Virus record (IMG/VR): IMGVR_UViG_3300034021_000300
Location: 30,186 to 94,185 of that record
Strand: one strand, 5' to 3'
Source of the DNA: a virus
Taxonomy: Duplodnaviria > Caudoviricetes
Length of the DNA: 64,000 bases
Below are positions 9,297 through 17,731 of this stretch, one piece after another. The notes beneath the pieces are model-generated. The model did not search any database and was not told where the DNA came from. It worked only from the letters and a program-made list of their open reading frames with translations. Numbering within the stretch: the stretch's first letter is position 1; each line of letters opens with the position of its first letter. The position numbers and the translations under genes were made by a program.

Positions 9297-9310
9297 ATAT
9301 ATAATATTAC

Positions 9311-9874
9311 TTAAAGTATCTCTTTAATAAGAGAATCCAATTGTACTTCAATATCTTTTCCAAAGATAAGTGTTTTATTTGCTGTTATCAAATCTAAATC
9401 GTATTCTGAAGGATTATTTTGGGTCAGGGTATTCTGTATTTCTACTACTATCAATTCATCTTCAAGTTCTTCTTCTATCCAATTACCTAAAACTTCTAAT
9501 TCATCTTTAAATCTTAAATCAGAAATAATTACAACAGATTGCTTTTCTCTCCAAATATCAACCATAGCCAATTCTGTATCAAAATTATAAATACTATTTA
9601 AAACTTCTTTGGCAAAAGGATTAAAACTAAAACTAGATTTAATAGCATCAGCAGTAGTTTCTAATAAATTTCTACCAACTTCTTTTTCATCTCTATTCTC
9701 CCAATTAAGAGGAGATTTTTTAGGAAAAAATGCTTTATCTACTATCTTCTTCAAAGGTTCAGCAAAAGCTAATACTTTATTACTTACACCTTTTTCATCT
9801 AATTTCTTAGCTAACATAGCTGCTACTGTGGATTTACCACTACCATTCTTGCCTTTTAGTGCTATAATTTTCAT
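9311..9874 (-). CDS. deoxynucleoside monophosphate kinase
   Basis: P-loop GKNGSGKST, AFAEPLK and IISDLRF motifs of phage dNMP kinases. Confidence 0.85.
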   Translation of the reverse strand: MKIIALKGKNGSGKSTVAAMLAKKLDEKGVSNKVLAFAEPLKKIVDKAFFPKKSPLNWENRDEKEVGRNLLETTADAIKSSFSFNPFAKEVLNSIYNFDTELAMVDIWREKQSVVIISDLRFKDELEVLGNWIEEELEDELIVVEIQNTLTQNNPSEYDLDLITANKTLIFGKDIEVQLDSLIKEIL

Positions 9875-10065
9875 GCTTCTGTATCTAAATTAGTTACATA
9901 TTTTACAGGAACTTTCTGTACTATGTTAATCGCACCTTTAAGATATACATAATGCCCATATAATTCAGCTCTATGTTCATCAGTAATTACTTCTTTCAAC
10001 TCTCTGTTTAATAGAACTTGTAACTTTTTATGTAATTGTCTTTTATACCTAGTAAGTTTGTCCAT
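9871..10065 (-). CDS. hypothetical protein
   Basis: ORF track; ATGA overlap. Confidence 0.55.
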   Translation of the reverse strand: MDKLTRYKRQLHKKLQVLLNRELKEVITDEHRAELYGHYVYLKGAINIVQKVPVKYVTNLDTEA

Positions 10066-10078
10066 AATAATAGTATAA

Positions 10079-10170
10079 AAAGCAAGCCAAGTACCACCTA
10101 ATCAGTTAAATACCTACAGTGTGCAGTAACTGTTTTTGTTAGTAAATAATTTCTCAGCTTGGCTTGCTTT
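10079..10170 (-). promoter_or_regulatory. long irregular RNA hairpin (terminator or processing site)
   Basis: 13-bp perfect closing stem aaagcaagccaag/cttggcttgcttt with inner stems cagtta/taactg and ctgca/tgtag; U-tract on the minus strand. Confidence 0.7.
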
Positions 10171-10181
10171 ATAGTTTTTAA

Positions 10182-10565
10182 TTAAGCTTTCTTTTCAGCA
10201 GGAACTGAATAAATTGCTGCTTCATCAGCCTTAAACTCTGCAATTTCTTCTTGCAAAGCTGCAATTTGGTTTTCATAACCCAAGATTACATTACGTTTAG
10301 CACGTACTTGTTTTAGGTAAGTAACACAATAGCTTTCTGCACCTTCTGTAGTGTTTACACTATCAGGATTTACATTAAGGATTGTTTCGTTAAGATCTTC
10401 TTTGGCATCAACAATCTTTTCTTCAAGAGTTTCAATTTGATCCTCACGCATAGAAATTTGTTTAGCCAGATGTTTATCTAACTTACCTTCAAAACGAGTT
10501 AGTTTTGCTTCATCACCGCCTTTAAGAAAGGCTAATACACGGTCTTTTAAATTTGACTTTTTCAT
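10182..10565 (-). CDS. coiled-coil protein
   Basis: heptad-like E/K/Q-rich sequence. Confidence 0.65.
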   Translation of the reverse strand: MKKSNLKDRVLAFLKGGDEAKLTRFEGKLDKHLAKQISMREDQIETLEEKIVDAKEDLNETILNVNPDSVNTTEGAESYCVTYLKQVRAKRNVILGYENQIAALQEEIAEFKADEAAIYSVPAEKKA

Positions 10566-10575
10566 TGTTTGTTGT

Positions 10576-12201
10576 TTATAAATTAATTATTGATTTCTTT
10601 TTGTACTTTTTAACTATTGGTAAATCTAATTGTTGATTAATTGGTTTAGCTAAATACTCTACTTCACTAAACTCATACTTTTGCTTTTTAGGCTCTGCAA
10701 AAATAGGATATTCTTCTGGATTTTTAATAAATTCTGAATACAGTTCTTGTTTATACTCAAAATAAGTATCTGTAACTTTATAACCGTGAGCTTTAGCTAT
10801 TTCTTCTGAAGTTGCTTTACGCAGGTCTTTTATTTCTATCCAACCATTTCCATCGTATTTAAGCTCTCTATTAAACATACGAACTGCTTTACTACCCTCA
10901 AGAGTATCAATCTTATAAGCTTCACCAATATTTCTATCATGACAAGTATTATCATTTAATGGTACAACCCAATCTCCTACTTTAAATTCTTCTGTAGTAT
11001 TAGTTTTAGGTTCTTCAATTATTTCAGCCCATTTACCATTTTCATAAACACATCTATTGTAAGTAGTATTTCCATACTTAGAATTTATACTACTAGCAAA
11101 TAAACTTCCACTATTTGTTACTTGATACATACAGGTACCACTAATTTTAAAATTAGTGCTTGTAACAATACAATGTTCCTTTCTCTGACTTAAATGAGCA
11201 GGATAAAACTTAGTACCTATTGGATAACGTTGTTTAGCTTGAGAAATTAAATCTTCTTCAATAGATTCTTCTTTAACTTCAGATGGATTAAATCCAATTG
11301 GCATTAGTTCCCAATCTGTAGGTAAATTAACTTTACTAACAGCACACCCATTATCTATACTATAATTATACCCATTGTCATAAGTTATTTTAGTAAAGTT
11401 GCCTTTTTTTATACCTGTATTTTGAGGACTATCTTTTAAAGCTTTAATATACCTACCAACTAAATCTTCTTCTTTCTTCATATCCTTAATATTAGTAATA
11501 CCAGATTCAAAAGCTTTGATTTCTTCAGTAGTGGCTTGTCTTATATTTTTACACCAAGAATTTATTGTACTATTTTTAACTCTATAAGGTATTTCACTAA
11601 CATCTTGTTGTGATAGTTCTCCTATATCATCAACTCTAGCATCATTATCAGAATATCTTTCTGTAACTACAACAATACTACCTATCTTAAATTTACCAAA
11701 TACTAATACTTCTGATTCTTTGGGGTTTTGTTGAGCATCAAATGAAGCTTTATCAGAGATTTTATAATCAGTAGCTAAACTTTCTGAATTTCCATCAAAT
11801 GTAATATAAGCAATGGAACCTTGAAAACCTTTTAATTTAAGTCTCTCTGTTTTAGGATTATAGCTTTCTACTTCATATATTTTACCTACAACATTAAAAT
11901 CATTAACAGATAAATCAGTATTAGAACCTTTAATACATTCTACATATTCTGGAATAACTTCATATACATTTAAATCAAATTTGCCACCATCTCCTATTCT
12001 ATAAGAATTAACAGAAACAGGTTTACCATCTGCTTTTATCCAATTTACTTGCACCCAAAGATAGGTAGACAGAGAAGGAAAATGTTTTTTACTATTAACA
12101 ATTACACCATACTCAGCACCTATTCCCTGACCTGCAAATTGAGAATCTTTATCTAATAATACTTTTAAGCCTACTACGGCATTATCTTTTGTTACTTTCA
12201 T
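10576..12201 (-). CDS. 541-aa multi-module protein of small SH3-like repeats
   Basis: repeated FK(I/V)G..V...R.AT.EEI modules, plus PEYVEC..GKIY and RYPIGTKF..NGKWAEI modules. Confidence 0.7.
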   Translation of the reverse strand: MKVTKDNAVVGLKVLLDKDSQFAGQGIGAEYGVIVNSKKHFPSLSTYLWVQVNWIKADGKPVSVNSYRIGDGGKFDLNVYEVIPEYVECIKGSNTDLSVNDFNVVGKIYEVESYNPKTERLKLKGFQGSIAYITFDGNSESLATDYKISDKASFDAQQNPKESEVLVFGKFKIGSIVVVTERYSDNDARVDDIGELSQQDVSEIPYRVKNSTINSWCKNIRQATTEEIKAFESGITNIKDMKKEEDLVGRYIKALKDSPQNTGIKKGNFTKITYDNGYNYSIDNGCAVSKVNLPTDWELMPIGFNPSEVKEESIEEDLISQAKQRYPIGTKFYPAHLSQRKEHCIVTSTNFKISGTCMYQVTNSGSLFASSINSKYGNTTYNRCVYENGKWAEIIEEPKTNTTEEFKVGDWVVPLNDNTCHDRNIGEAYKIDTLEGSKAVRMFNRELKYDGNGWIEIKDLRKATSEEIAKAHGYKVTDTYFEYKQELYSEFIKNPEEYPIFAEPKKQKYEFSEVEYLAKPINQQLDLPIVKKYKKKSIINL

Positions 12202-12286
12202 AGTCTTGTTATAAAAATAAACCTCTCTAAAAATTCTTCATCCGCATAAAGAATCAAACTTGAGGTTTGTATAGTTTAAATTATAA

Positions 12287-12835
12287 TTACGCTTCTTGCA
12301 AGCCTAATGTCTCTACTGATGTAGATTCAGCACGTAGGAATGTGTGAGAAGGTTTACCAAATACAAGAGAAGTATGACGGTAAACTTCTTTACCATTAGC
12401 CATTACTACTTCACCTGTAGAAGGATTAATCTTTGGGTCAATAGTAAGAGGTTCACCTGCTGCATTACGAGCAATAATAGAACCATTCATACGGTAAGGA
12501 GAGTTATTCTCTGTACACTGAATGTTTACTTCAACAGGAGCACCTGCTAATTTAGCATACAAATCTTCAGCAAACAAAACTTCGTCTTGTTCAATATAGT
12601 CTTGCACTTTAACACCACCACTTAAAGCTACATCTTGCTTTGCAGATATAACTACAGTTAGTTTTTGTGTGTTTTTAATACCTTGCAATAACAGAGATGG
12701 ATTTACCGCCTCAGAGTTATTTTGGATTTGTTGTACTAATTGGATACCAAGTTGATTCTTTGTAGAACCTTCATTTACCCATACTTTACGAATTAATGCT
12801 TTGCCTGTTGCTAAAGCTGTTTCAAAATTTGTCAT
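12287..12835 (-). CDS. hypothetical protein, possibly nucleic-acid binding
   Basis: CGT/GGT-rich codon usage like the capsid gene; KINPSTGEV..NGKEVYRHT motif. Confidence 0.65.
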   Translation of the reverse strand: MTNFETALATGKALIRKVWVNEGSTKNQLGIQLVQQIQNNSEAVNPSLLLQGIKNTQKLTVVISAKQDVALSGGVKVQDYIEQDEVLFAEDLYAKLAGAPVEVNIQCTENNSPYRMNGSIIARNAAGEPLTIDPKINPSTGEVVMANGKEVYRHTSLVFGKPSHTFLRAESTSVETLGLQEA

Positions 12836-12943
12836 AAAAATTAAAATTAAAATATAAAAAATTGTTCAACTGCTATTCAATATCCAGCAGTCCATATACT
12901 TGAGTTATTACGTTACACAAGTTTTAACGTACTTTAGCTTTAC

Positions 12944-13303
12944 TTAATCCTCTGCTACAATAGCTTTTTTCTGAGATAGGATAAGTTTTTCAGCTAATAT
13001 TGTTGTTTCCTTAACTGTAAAGTCAGGATTAATGAGAAATAATATATCTTTCTTTTCAGCAAGACTATTATCTTTAAAGAGTAAAGAAAAGAACAATCTG
13101 TCTATGGATTGATTCCTAAAGGCTTTTTCATTCTCCAGGATAGAACGCCATTCAGAACCTAATAAACTTCCATAGTACTTGTCATCAACTAAAAATCTTG
13201 TTAGTAATCGTTCTATTTCCCAATTTAGTAAGAATCTTACAGGCACAAACTTTCCATTAGCATCTAGCCAACAAAGTTTTCTATCATTAGAGTGGTTTCT
13301 CAT
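12944..13303 (-). CDS. hypothetical protein
   Basis: ORF track; TAATG coupling. Confidence 0.55.
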   Translation of the reverse strand: MRNHSNDRKLCWLDANGKFVPVRFLLNWEIERLLTRFLVDDKYYGSLLGSEWRSILENEKAFRNQSIDRLFFSLLFKDNSLAEKKDILFLINPDFTVKETTILAEKLILSQKKAIVAED

Positions 13304-13515
13304 TATTCTAAGAATTTAATTTTTCGTTTACTTCCAATTAATTTTCTATACATTATATCAGCTTTTACTGTTCTTATGGTAGTATCAGCTATTCTAGAAA
13401 GAGAAGCAGCATTTTCTGCTGTTATTTCTCCATTTTGAACTTTGGCAAATGTATTCATTAGCTCCTCAGTTAATTCTGTAGAGTTTTTAGGTGCTTTTTT
13501 TACTGTTGTTGACAT
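13303..13515 (-). CDS. small helical protein
   Basis: ELTEELMNTFAKVQNGEI...A.SL...I.TVKAD pattern. Confidence 0.55.
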   Translation of the reverse strand: MSTTVKKAPKNSTELTEELMNTFAKVQNGEITAENAASLSRIADTTIRTVKADIMYRKLIGSKRKIKFLE

Positions 13516-13772
13516 AATTCTCTTTTTAAGGTTAATTGTGCTTTTTTAAGAAGTATTAATTCTGTAGGTACTTTGTAATACTTTAAACAAAGAAGTTCTT
13601 TTATATATCTTTCTTCTTTTCTACAAGTATTACAAAAAGAATATTTTGTTTTAGTTCCTTTTAGCCGTTTAAAACACTTTATAGGTTTTACGATACCACA
13701 ACCAGCACAAAGCGTACAAATAGCTTTTTTATTGGAAAACAAAACTTCACTTTGTATGTTAATCTTGCGCAT
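13500..13772 (-). CDS. zinc-finger protein resembling the N-terminal Zn module of HNH/endoVII proteins
   Basis: CAGCGIVKP..F...YSFCNTC; C-terminal PTELILLKKAQLTLKREL. Confidence 0.55.
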   Translation of the reverse strand: MRKINIQSEVLFSNKKAICTLCAGCGIVKPIKCFKRLKGTKTKYSFCNTCRKEERYIKELLCLKYYKVPTELILLKKAQLTLKRELCQQQ

Positions 13773-14055
13773 CTCTTAAATAAAATAATTTTAAATTGTT
13801 GGCAGTTAAAGGAGATTTATGCTTAATCAGAATAAAAACTAATTCAGTAAGCCTTTGATTAAAAGAATCTATTTTCTTTTTAATGGTATAACTTTTAACA
13901 TTACCTTTATTCCAAATATTTAAACTTGTATTTATTTTAGTAGATATTTCAGCTCTTTCACCTTTAACAGTTATTCTACAGTATATAGGGGATTTATCAT
14001 TCTTTAAAACTTTTTCAGCTCTAATATAAAAAATAATACAAACTTTAGGTAACAT
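13759..14055 (-). CDS. stand-alone Arm DNA-binding domain protein (Bacteroidota integrase N-terminal type)
   Basis: IFYIRAEK..KNDKSPIYCRITVKGERAEIST matches the Arm-DNA-bind_5 pattern; no catalytic domain. Confidence 0.75.
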   Translation of the reverse strand: MLPKVCIIFYIRAEKVLKNDKSPIYCRITVKGERAEISTKINTSLNIWNKGNVKSYTIKKKIDSFNQRLTELVFILIKHKSPLTANNLKLFYLRDAQD

Positions 14056-14058
14056 AAT

Positions 14059-14313
14059 TTATAATGTAGTTATAAAAACATTAAACCTTGGTTTTGATTT
14101 AGCCAAATCAGCTAACAGCTGTAATTGGTTAGATTTGTAGTTAGCATTTAGTTTTGCTAACTTATGATGCAGTTTCTCCACCTTTAACTCTGCTTTTTCA
14201 GCAGTAGTCTTAGTAAAGTCTACAGATGTAACAGGTGGATGCCATAGTTCGTGCTCTATCATCCATTGAGCTGACCAACTCTTGATTGGTTCTACTTTGT
14301 TTTTATGGTTCAT
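14059..14313 (-). CDS. hypothetical protein
   Basis: ORF track. Confidence 0.55.
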   Translation of the reverse strand: MNHKNKVEPIKSWSAQWMIEHELWHPPVTSVDFTKTTAEKAELKVEKLHHKLAKLNANYKSNQLQLLADLAKSKPRFNVFITTL

Positions 14314-14597
14314 TTTGTTTTGTTTATTAAGTGTTTAATAAATTTTATTCTTGGAGCTTTAGCATCGATTGGCCACCAATATTCTCTTTTATACCTATAT
14401 TTATTTTTAAATATAAATAATGTATTTTTAAATAATTTAGGCCTTTCTGACTTAAAATGTTTAAGTAAAGCATAGTATTCTTCCATTGTTATTTTACTAA
14501 ACCATTTTAAATCTATTATAGCGCAACAAATACCAGAATGATCATTTGTTTCAAATTCTGTTAAAAGTAATTTATACAACTCGTTTAAGGTTCTCAT
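14310..14597 (-). CDS. hypothetical protein (GICCAI...YWWP...RIKFI type)
   Basis: ORF track. Confidence 0.6.
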   Translation of the reverse strand: MRTLNELYKLLLTEFETNDHSGICCAIIDLKWFSKITMEEYYALLKHFKSERPKLFKNTLFIFKNKYRYKREYWWPIDAKAPRIKFIKHLINKTK

Positions 14598-14660
14598 CTT
14601 GTTTAAATAAAAATGGGTACTTGGCTACACTCTAAACAAACATAGCCTTTCCCCATAATG

Positions 14661-14798
14661 TTAATAACTAAAAGTGACAATGTATTTATCACCTTCATAT
14701 CGTAGTTTGTTGATTACAGCACCATATAGCTTTTGTAATCTGTCCATAAATGGTTTAAGTGTAGACCATTTAGTAAATGTGAGTGTTCTTTTTTTCAT
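14661..14798 (-). CDS. 45-aa hypothetical protein, not in the ORF track
   Basis: manual translation MKKRTLTFTKWSTLKPFMDRLQKLYGAVINKLRYEGDKYIVTFSY; A-rich leader. Confidence 0.5.
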   Translation of the reverse strand: MKKRTLTFTKWSTLKPFMDRLQKLYGAVINKLRYEGDKYIVTFSY

Positions 14799-14808
14799 TG
14801 TTGTTTAT

Positions 14809-14997
14809 TTAGTAATAATTAGTTACACGATAAGCTACAGTTCTGTTTAACTTAGCTTTAGCTTTAATTCTACTAAGTATATTCATCTGTTCTGTAACAG
14901 TAATATACTTTCTGGCTTCTAATACTCTTTCAAGCAGTTTTTTATTAACCCCCTGATGTATTATATCCATTCCTGTATTATCATTTAGTTTTAACAT
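14809..14997 (-). CDS. hypothetical protein
   Basis: ORF track. Confidence 0.5.
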   Translation of the reverse strand: MLKLNDNTGMDIIHQGVNKKLLERVLEARKYITVTEQMNILSRIKAKAKLNRTVAYRVTNYY

Positions 14998-15114
14998 AAA
15001 CTGTATCTATTTTTTGTTCAAATTTAGTGTACTTAATAAGTTCTCTAAGAATAGTTGGGTAATTTAATCCTGTTACTACCAAAGATGGGCTAATAACAAC
15101 TATCACAAAGAGAA

Positions 15115-15435
15115 TTATTTTAAATGTCCAAACATATTATCTTCTGATGAAAATAATACTTGGTTGATTGGTAATGCTAATATATTACTATCATCGTGTG
15201 AATGTAATCCTACTTTTAACATAGATTCGATAGTTAAAGGCATATTTTTTCTAAACCATTTATTATCATATATGTAAAATACTTCTCTAGGTAATAACCT
15301 ATCAATCATATCTTGAATACGTTCAGTAAATATACCATTAGTATTATTAGCATATAAAGCTAATATAGTAGATACATAAGGCCATTGTTCCTTAATTTGT
15401 TCTCTGAGCTTTTCAGCTATTTGTAGTTGAGTCAT
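15115..15435 (-). CDS. hypothetical protein
   Basis: ORF track. Confidence 0.55.
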   Translation of the reverse strand: MTQLQIAEKLREQIKEQWPYVSTILALYANNTNGIFTERIQDMIDRLLPREVFYIYDNKWFRKNMPLTIESMLKVGLHSHDDSNILALPINQVLFSSEDNMFGHLK

Positions 15436-15436
15436 G

Positions 15437-15628
15437 TTAATGAAATTTAGATGTAAATATACCCCATATCATTCTAATTATTAGTATAACAGGAGCAATC
15501 ATAATTGTAAATATAAAGCCCCCAACTATACCATCATCACTATGAGAATCTTTAATAAATTGGTTAAAATCAAAACAACCATAACCTATCCAGATTATAA
15601 TTGTTAATATTATTTCTAATGTTGTCAT
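15437..15628 (-). CDS. small two-TM membrane protein
   Basis: two hydrophobic helices. Confidence 0.55.
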   Translation of the reverse strand: MTTLEIILTIIIWIGYGCFDFNQFIKDSHSDDGIVGGFIFTIMIAPVILIIRMIWGIFTSKFH

Positions 15629-15834
15629 AATTGTAATAAGTTTTTAAGTCCAAATCTATTTAACCAATCAGAAGTAAACATGTCTATATTATTAAGACCT
15701 GTAAATTTATATTCTTCTATTGCTTCTTTAGGAATTTTTTGATTAGTAAATTCTTCAAATTCTTTAATACAATCTTCTAAAGACATTTTATTATACTTTC
15801 TTGTTAATTCTACTGCTAATAATAGTGCTTTCAT
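15625..15834 (-). CDS. hypothetical protein
   Basis: ORF track; ATGA overlap. Confidence 0.55.
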   Translation of the reverse strand: MKALLLAVELTRKYNKMSLEDCIKEFEEFTNQKIPKEAIEEYKFTGLNNIDMFTSDWLNRFGLKNLLQL

Positions 15835-15857
15835 AATTAGTTAATTTTAGTTAAAAT

Positions 15858-15972
15858 AAAACTGTAATACTGTAAGGATTTAAAGCTTCACTGATATAAA
15901 TATCTCCACCTATTGTTCTTACATATAATATAACTAGCCGATAGTGTTATACTATATTTGTATTACAGTTTT
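15858..15972 (-). ncRNA. putative structured intergenic RNA element
   Basis: 13-bp closing stem aaaactgtaatac/gtattacagtttt around internal hairpins. Confidence 0.5.
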
Positions 15973-16116
15973 AATAATATAAATAAACTTATAGCAAGGT
16001 TCTTTAGTCCTTGTATTGTACTCATCACTCTAATTAAAGAGATATAGATTTACTGCTTTTGCCAGTAGCTTACTGGATAGACACGAGGTTAAAGGAATCG
16101 TGACAATACTTAGTAT

Positions 16117-16141
16117 AAAAAGAGCCTTGTTACAGGCTCTT
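16117..16141 (-). terminator. intrinsic terminator
   Basis: aagagcct-tgttac-aggctctt hairpin with a minus-strand U-tract, just after the stop of 16145..16330. Confidence 0.75.
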
Positions 16142-16144
16142 ATA

Positions 16145-16330
16145 TTACAGAAGATTATCACTATCAGGTGATAAGTCTATTTCAATCTTACGAACTTGCA
16201 TTGCCTCTAATGTTTGAAGCAATTCAGTCATTTCTTTAGACCTGTTGAAAACATAATCATTTGATTCAGCATTTTTAATGGCAGAATTTTGTAATGATTT
16301 CATTTTATTAGGTGATATAACTAATTCCAT
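16145..16330 (-). CDS. small early protein
   Basis: ORF track; followed by a terminator. Confidence 0.55.
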   Translation of the reverse strand: MELVISPNKMKSLQNSAIKNAESNDYVFNRSKEMTELLQTLEAMQVRKIEIDLSPDSDNLL

Positions 16331-16378
16331 TTTGTGTATGTGTTTGAATGTTATTGCTATAATATTATAAGGTAAAAT

Positions 16379-16490
16379 TATTAATTGTAATACAAGACTG
16401 TTTAGTTCTTGTTATGGCTTATATGACCATATGTCTTTCAGAGCTCAGCTGTGCCTATCTGATTAACTATATTACATATTACAATTAATA
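16379..16490 (-). ncRNA. putative cloverleaf-like structured RNA element
   Basis: 14-bp closing stem tattaattgtaata/tattacaattaata enclosing three hairpins (caaga/tcttg, tatgg/ccata, tcag/ctga). Confidence 0.45.
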
Positions 16491-16560
16491 TAGTGTAGCA
16501 CATAGTGCTTAGAGAAGAATAACCCTCGTAGAGAGTTATATCTCAAAGTGATTAAAGGGA

Positions 16561-16839
16561 CTATTCGTCCCTTTTCATCATCAATGTGTTGCAGGTAACC
16601 TCTTTTACCTCGCCATTATCATCTGTAATCTCTACCTGTCTTGGGATTACAGTGAAATGTGCTACATTAATGTCCATTGTAGCATCCTTAGTTTCCTGAT
16701 TATCCAATGAAATGTAGAAGGTTAGTTTACGTGAGATACTGTTATTCTCGCCTACTTTCTGAGTAGTGTTAGTAACAATCTTAGTGAAAAACTTACCTGA
16801 AAGGTCTGACTTGCGTGAAAATTCTACTGTAAATAGCAT
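16561..16839 (-). CDS. first gene of the left arm, beta-rich hypothetical protein
   Basis: ORF track; adjacent to the strand switch. Confidence 0.6.
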   Translation of the reverse strand: MLFTVEFSRKSDLSGKFFTKIVTNTTQKVGENNSISRKLTFYISLDNQETKDATMDINVAHFTVIPRQVEITDDNGEVKEVTCNTLMMKRDE

Positions 16840-16844
16840 AAGCT

Positions 16845-17070
16845 GCGGATTTATTAAGTTTGTTTATAGAACACGGTGGATGAGTTTCCCCGCTGAACTT
16901 ATGAGGGGGTGTTGTTTGGGGCTGGAACTTAATTCACTACACATACACCATTTCAAAAAATATTTCCAAAAATTTTTAGTGGGGGGTATCAAATATCCTA
17001 TATAAACATGGGGGGTATGTTTTTTATTTTAGTAACTTTTTTGTACCTTGCAAGTATAATTGCTATAAAA
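16845..17070. promoter_or_regulatory. divergent strand-switch region (candidate genome terminus, origin or early promoter)
   Basis: non-coding; G-runs including two tggggggtat copies (~16980, ~17008); A/T tracts; gene orientation flips here. Confidence 0.55.
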
Positions 17071-17080
17071 TAATAAGCGA

Positions 17081-17413
17081 ATGCACAAATTACATATACC
17101 TATATACGAAATACCTTTATTTGTGTATATAGGATACCCACCTGAAGGTATTAGAAAGAAGTATAATATAGATCCAGGGTTAGATGCAGTAGCTGCTGTA
17201 CATGAAATAGAAGGTGCACTTTTAGTATGGTTCCACCCAACAGAATTTATACCATCTTTAGTAGCACATGAAGTAATACATCTTAAGAACTTGATATTCA
17301 CACATATATCTTTTAAACAAGATCCTACAAATGATGAAGCAGAAGCTTATCTTGTAGAATACTTAGTAAAAGAAATAGAGAAAGTTTTCAAAAAATACAA
17401 CCAATCAAAATAA
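17081..17413 (+). CDS. small HExxH zinc-metallopeptidase-like protein
   Basis: LVAHEVIHL followed by DEAEAYL (third ligand E). Confidence 0.65.
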   Translation: MHKLHIPIYEIPLFVYIGYPPEGIRKKYNIDPGLDAVAAVHEIEGALLVWFHPTEFIPSLVAHEVIHLKNLIFTHISFKQDPTNDEAEAYLVEYLVKEIEKVFKKYNQSK

Positions 17414-17429
17414 TTTTCGTATTATTGCA
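17396..17429 (+). promoter_or_regulatory. putative promoter TACAAC-N16-CGTATTATTG
   Basis: same spacing as 20006-20038; contains a Bacteroidota -7-like element. Confidence 0.6.
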
Positions 17430-17431
17430 CA

Positions 17432-17670
17432 TCTCTTTACACCCCACTAGGTAATCATGCAGTGGGCAGACGTAGGATTGTAAGAAGTAGCTTGAGGGAA
17501 ACCTGTCATAGTGAAAATGAGTTTTCTCCTACAGAGGTAAAAGGATATAGTAAGTAATTGTTTGCTCTCACCAATGTAAGGTACAGGAAAGAAGAGCTGT
17601 AGGTTTAAGACGGGACAATGAAAGTTATATCTGAAATAGAAATGGGAAGGCCAAAAGTTTTCTCAGGGCT
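17432..17670 (+). ncRNA. candidate novel structured ncRNA (~240-260 nt)
   Basis: GC-enriched gap without a credible ORF, downstream of a promoter; nested stems cccact/agtggg, gtagga/tcctac, agg-GAAA-cct, ggatatag/ttatatct, tacag/ctgta, tgggaagg/ttttctca. Confidence 0.6.
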
Positions 17671-17731
17671 TAAATTATCTTCAAAATTTCAAAAATTTCT
17701 TAAAAACTGTAAAAAAATAGTAAAATATTTA

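Noticed and set aside
13759-14055. Functional integrase indicating a temperate phage
   Set aside because: Only the Arm domain is present; no tyrosine-recombinase catalytic domain
17489-17525. Hammerhead ribozyme core within the candidate ncRNA
   Set aside because: GAAA words are present but there is no CUGANGA box in the required arrangement
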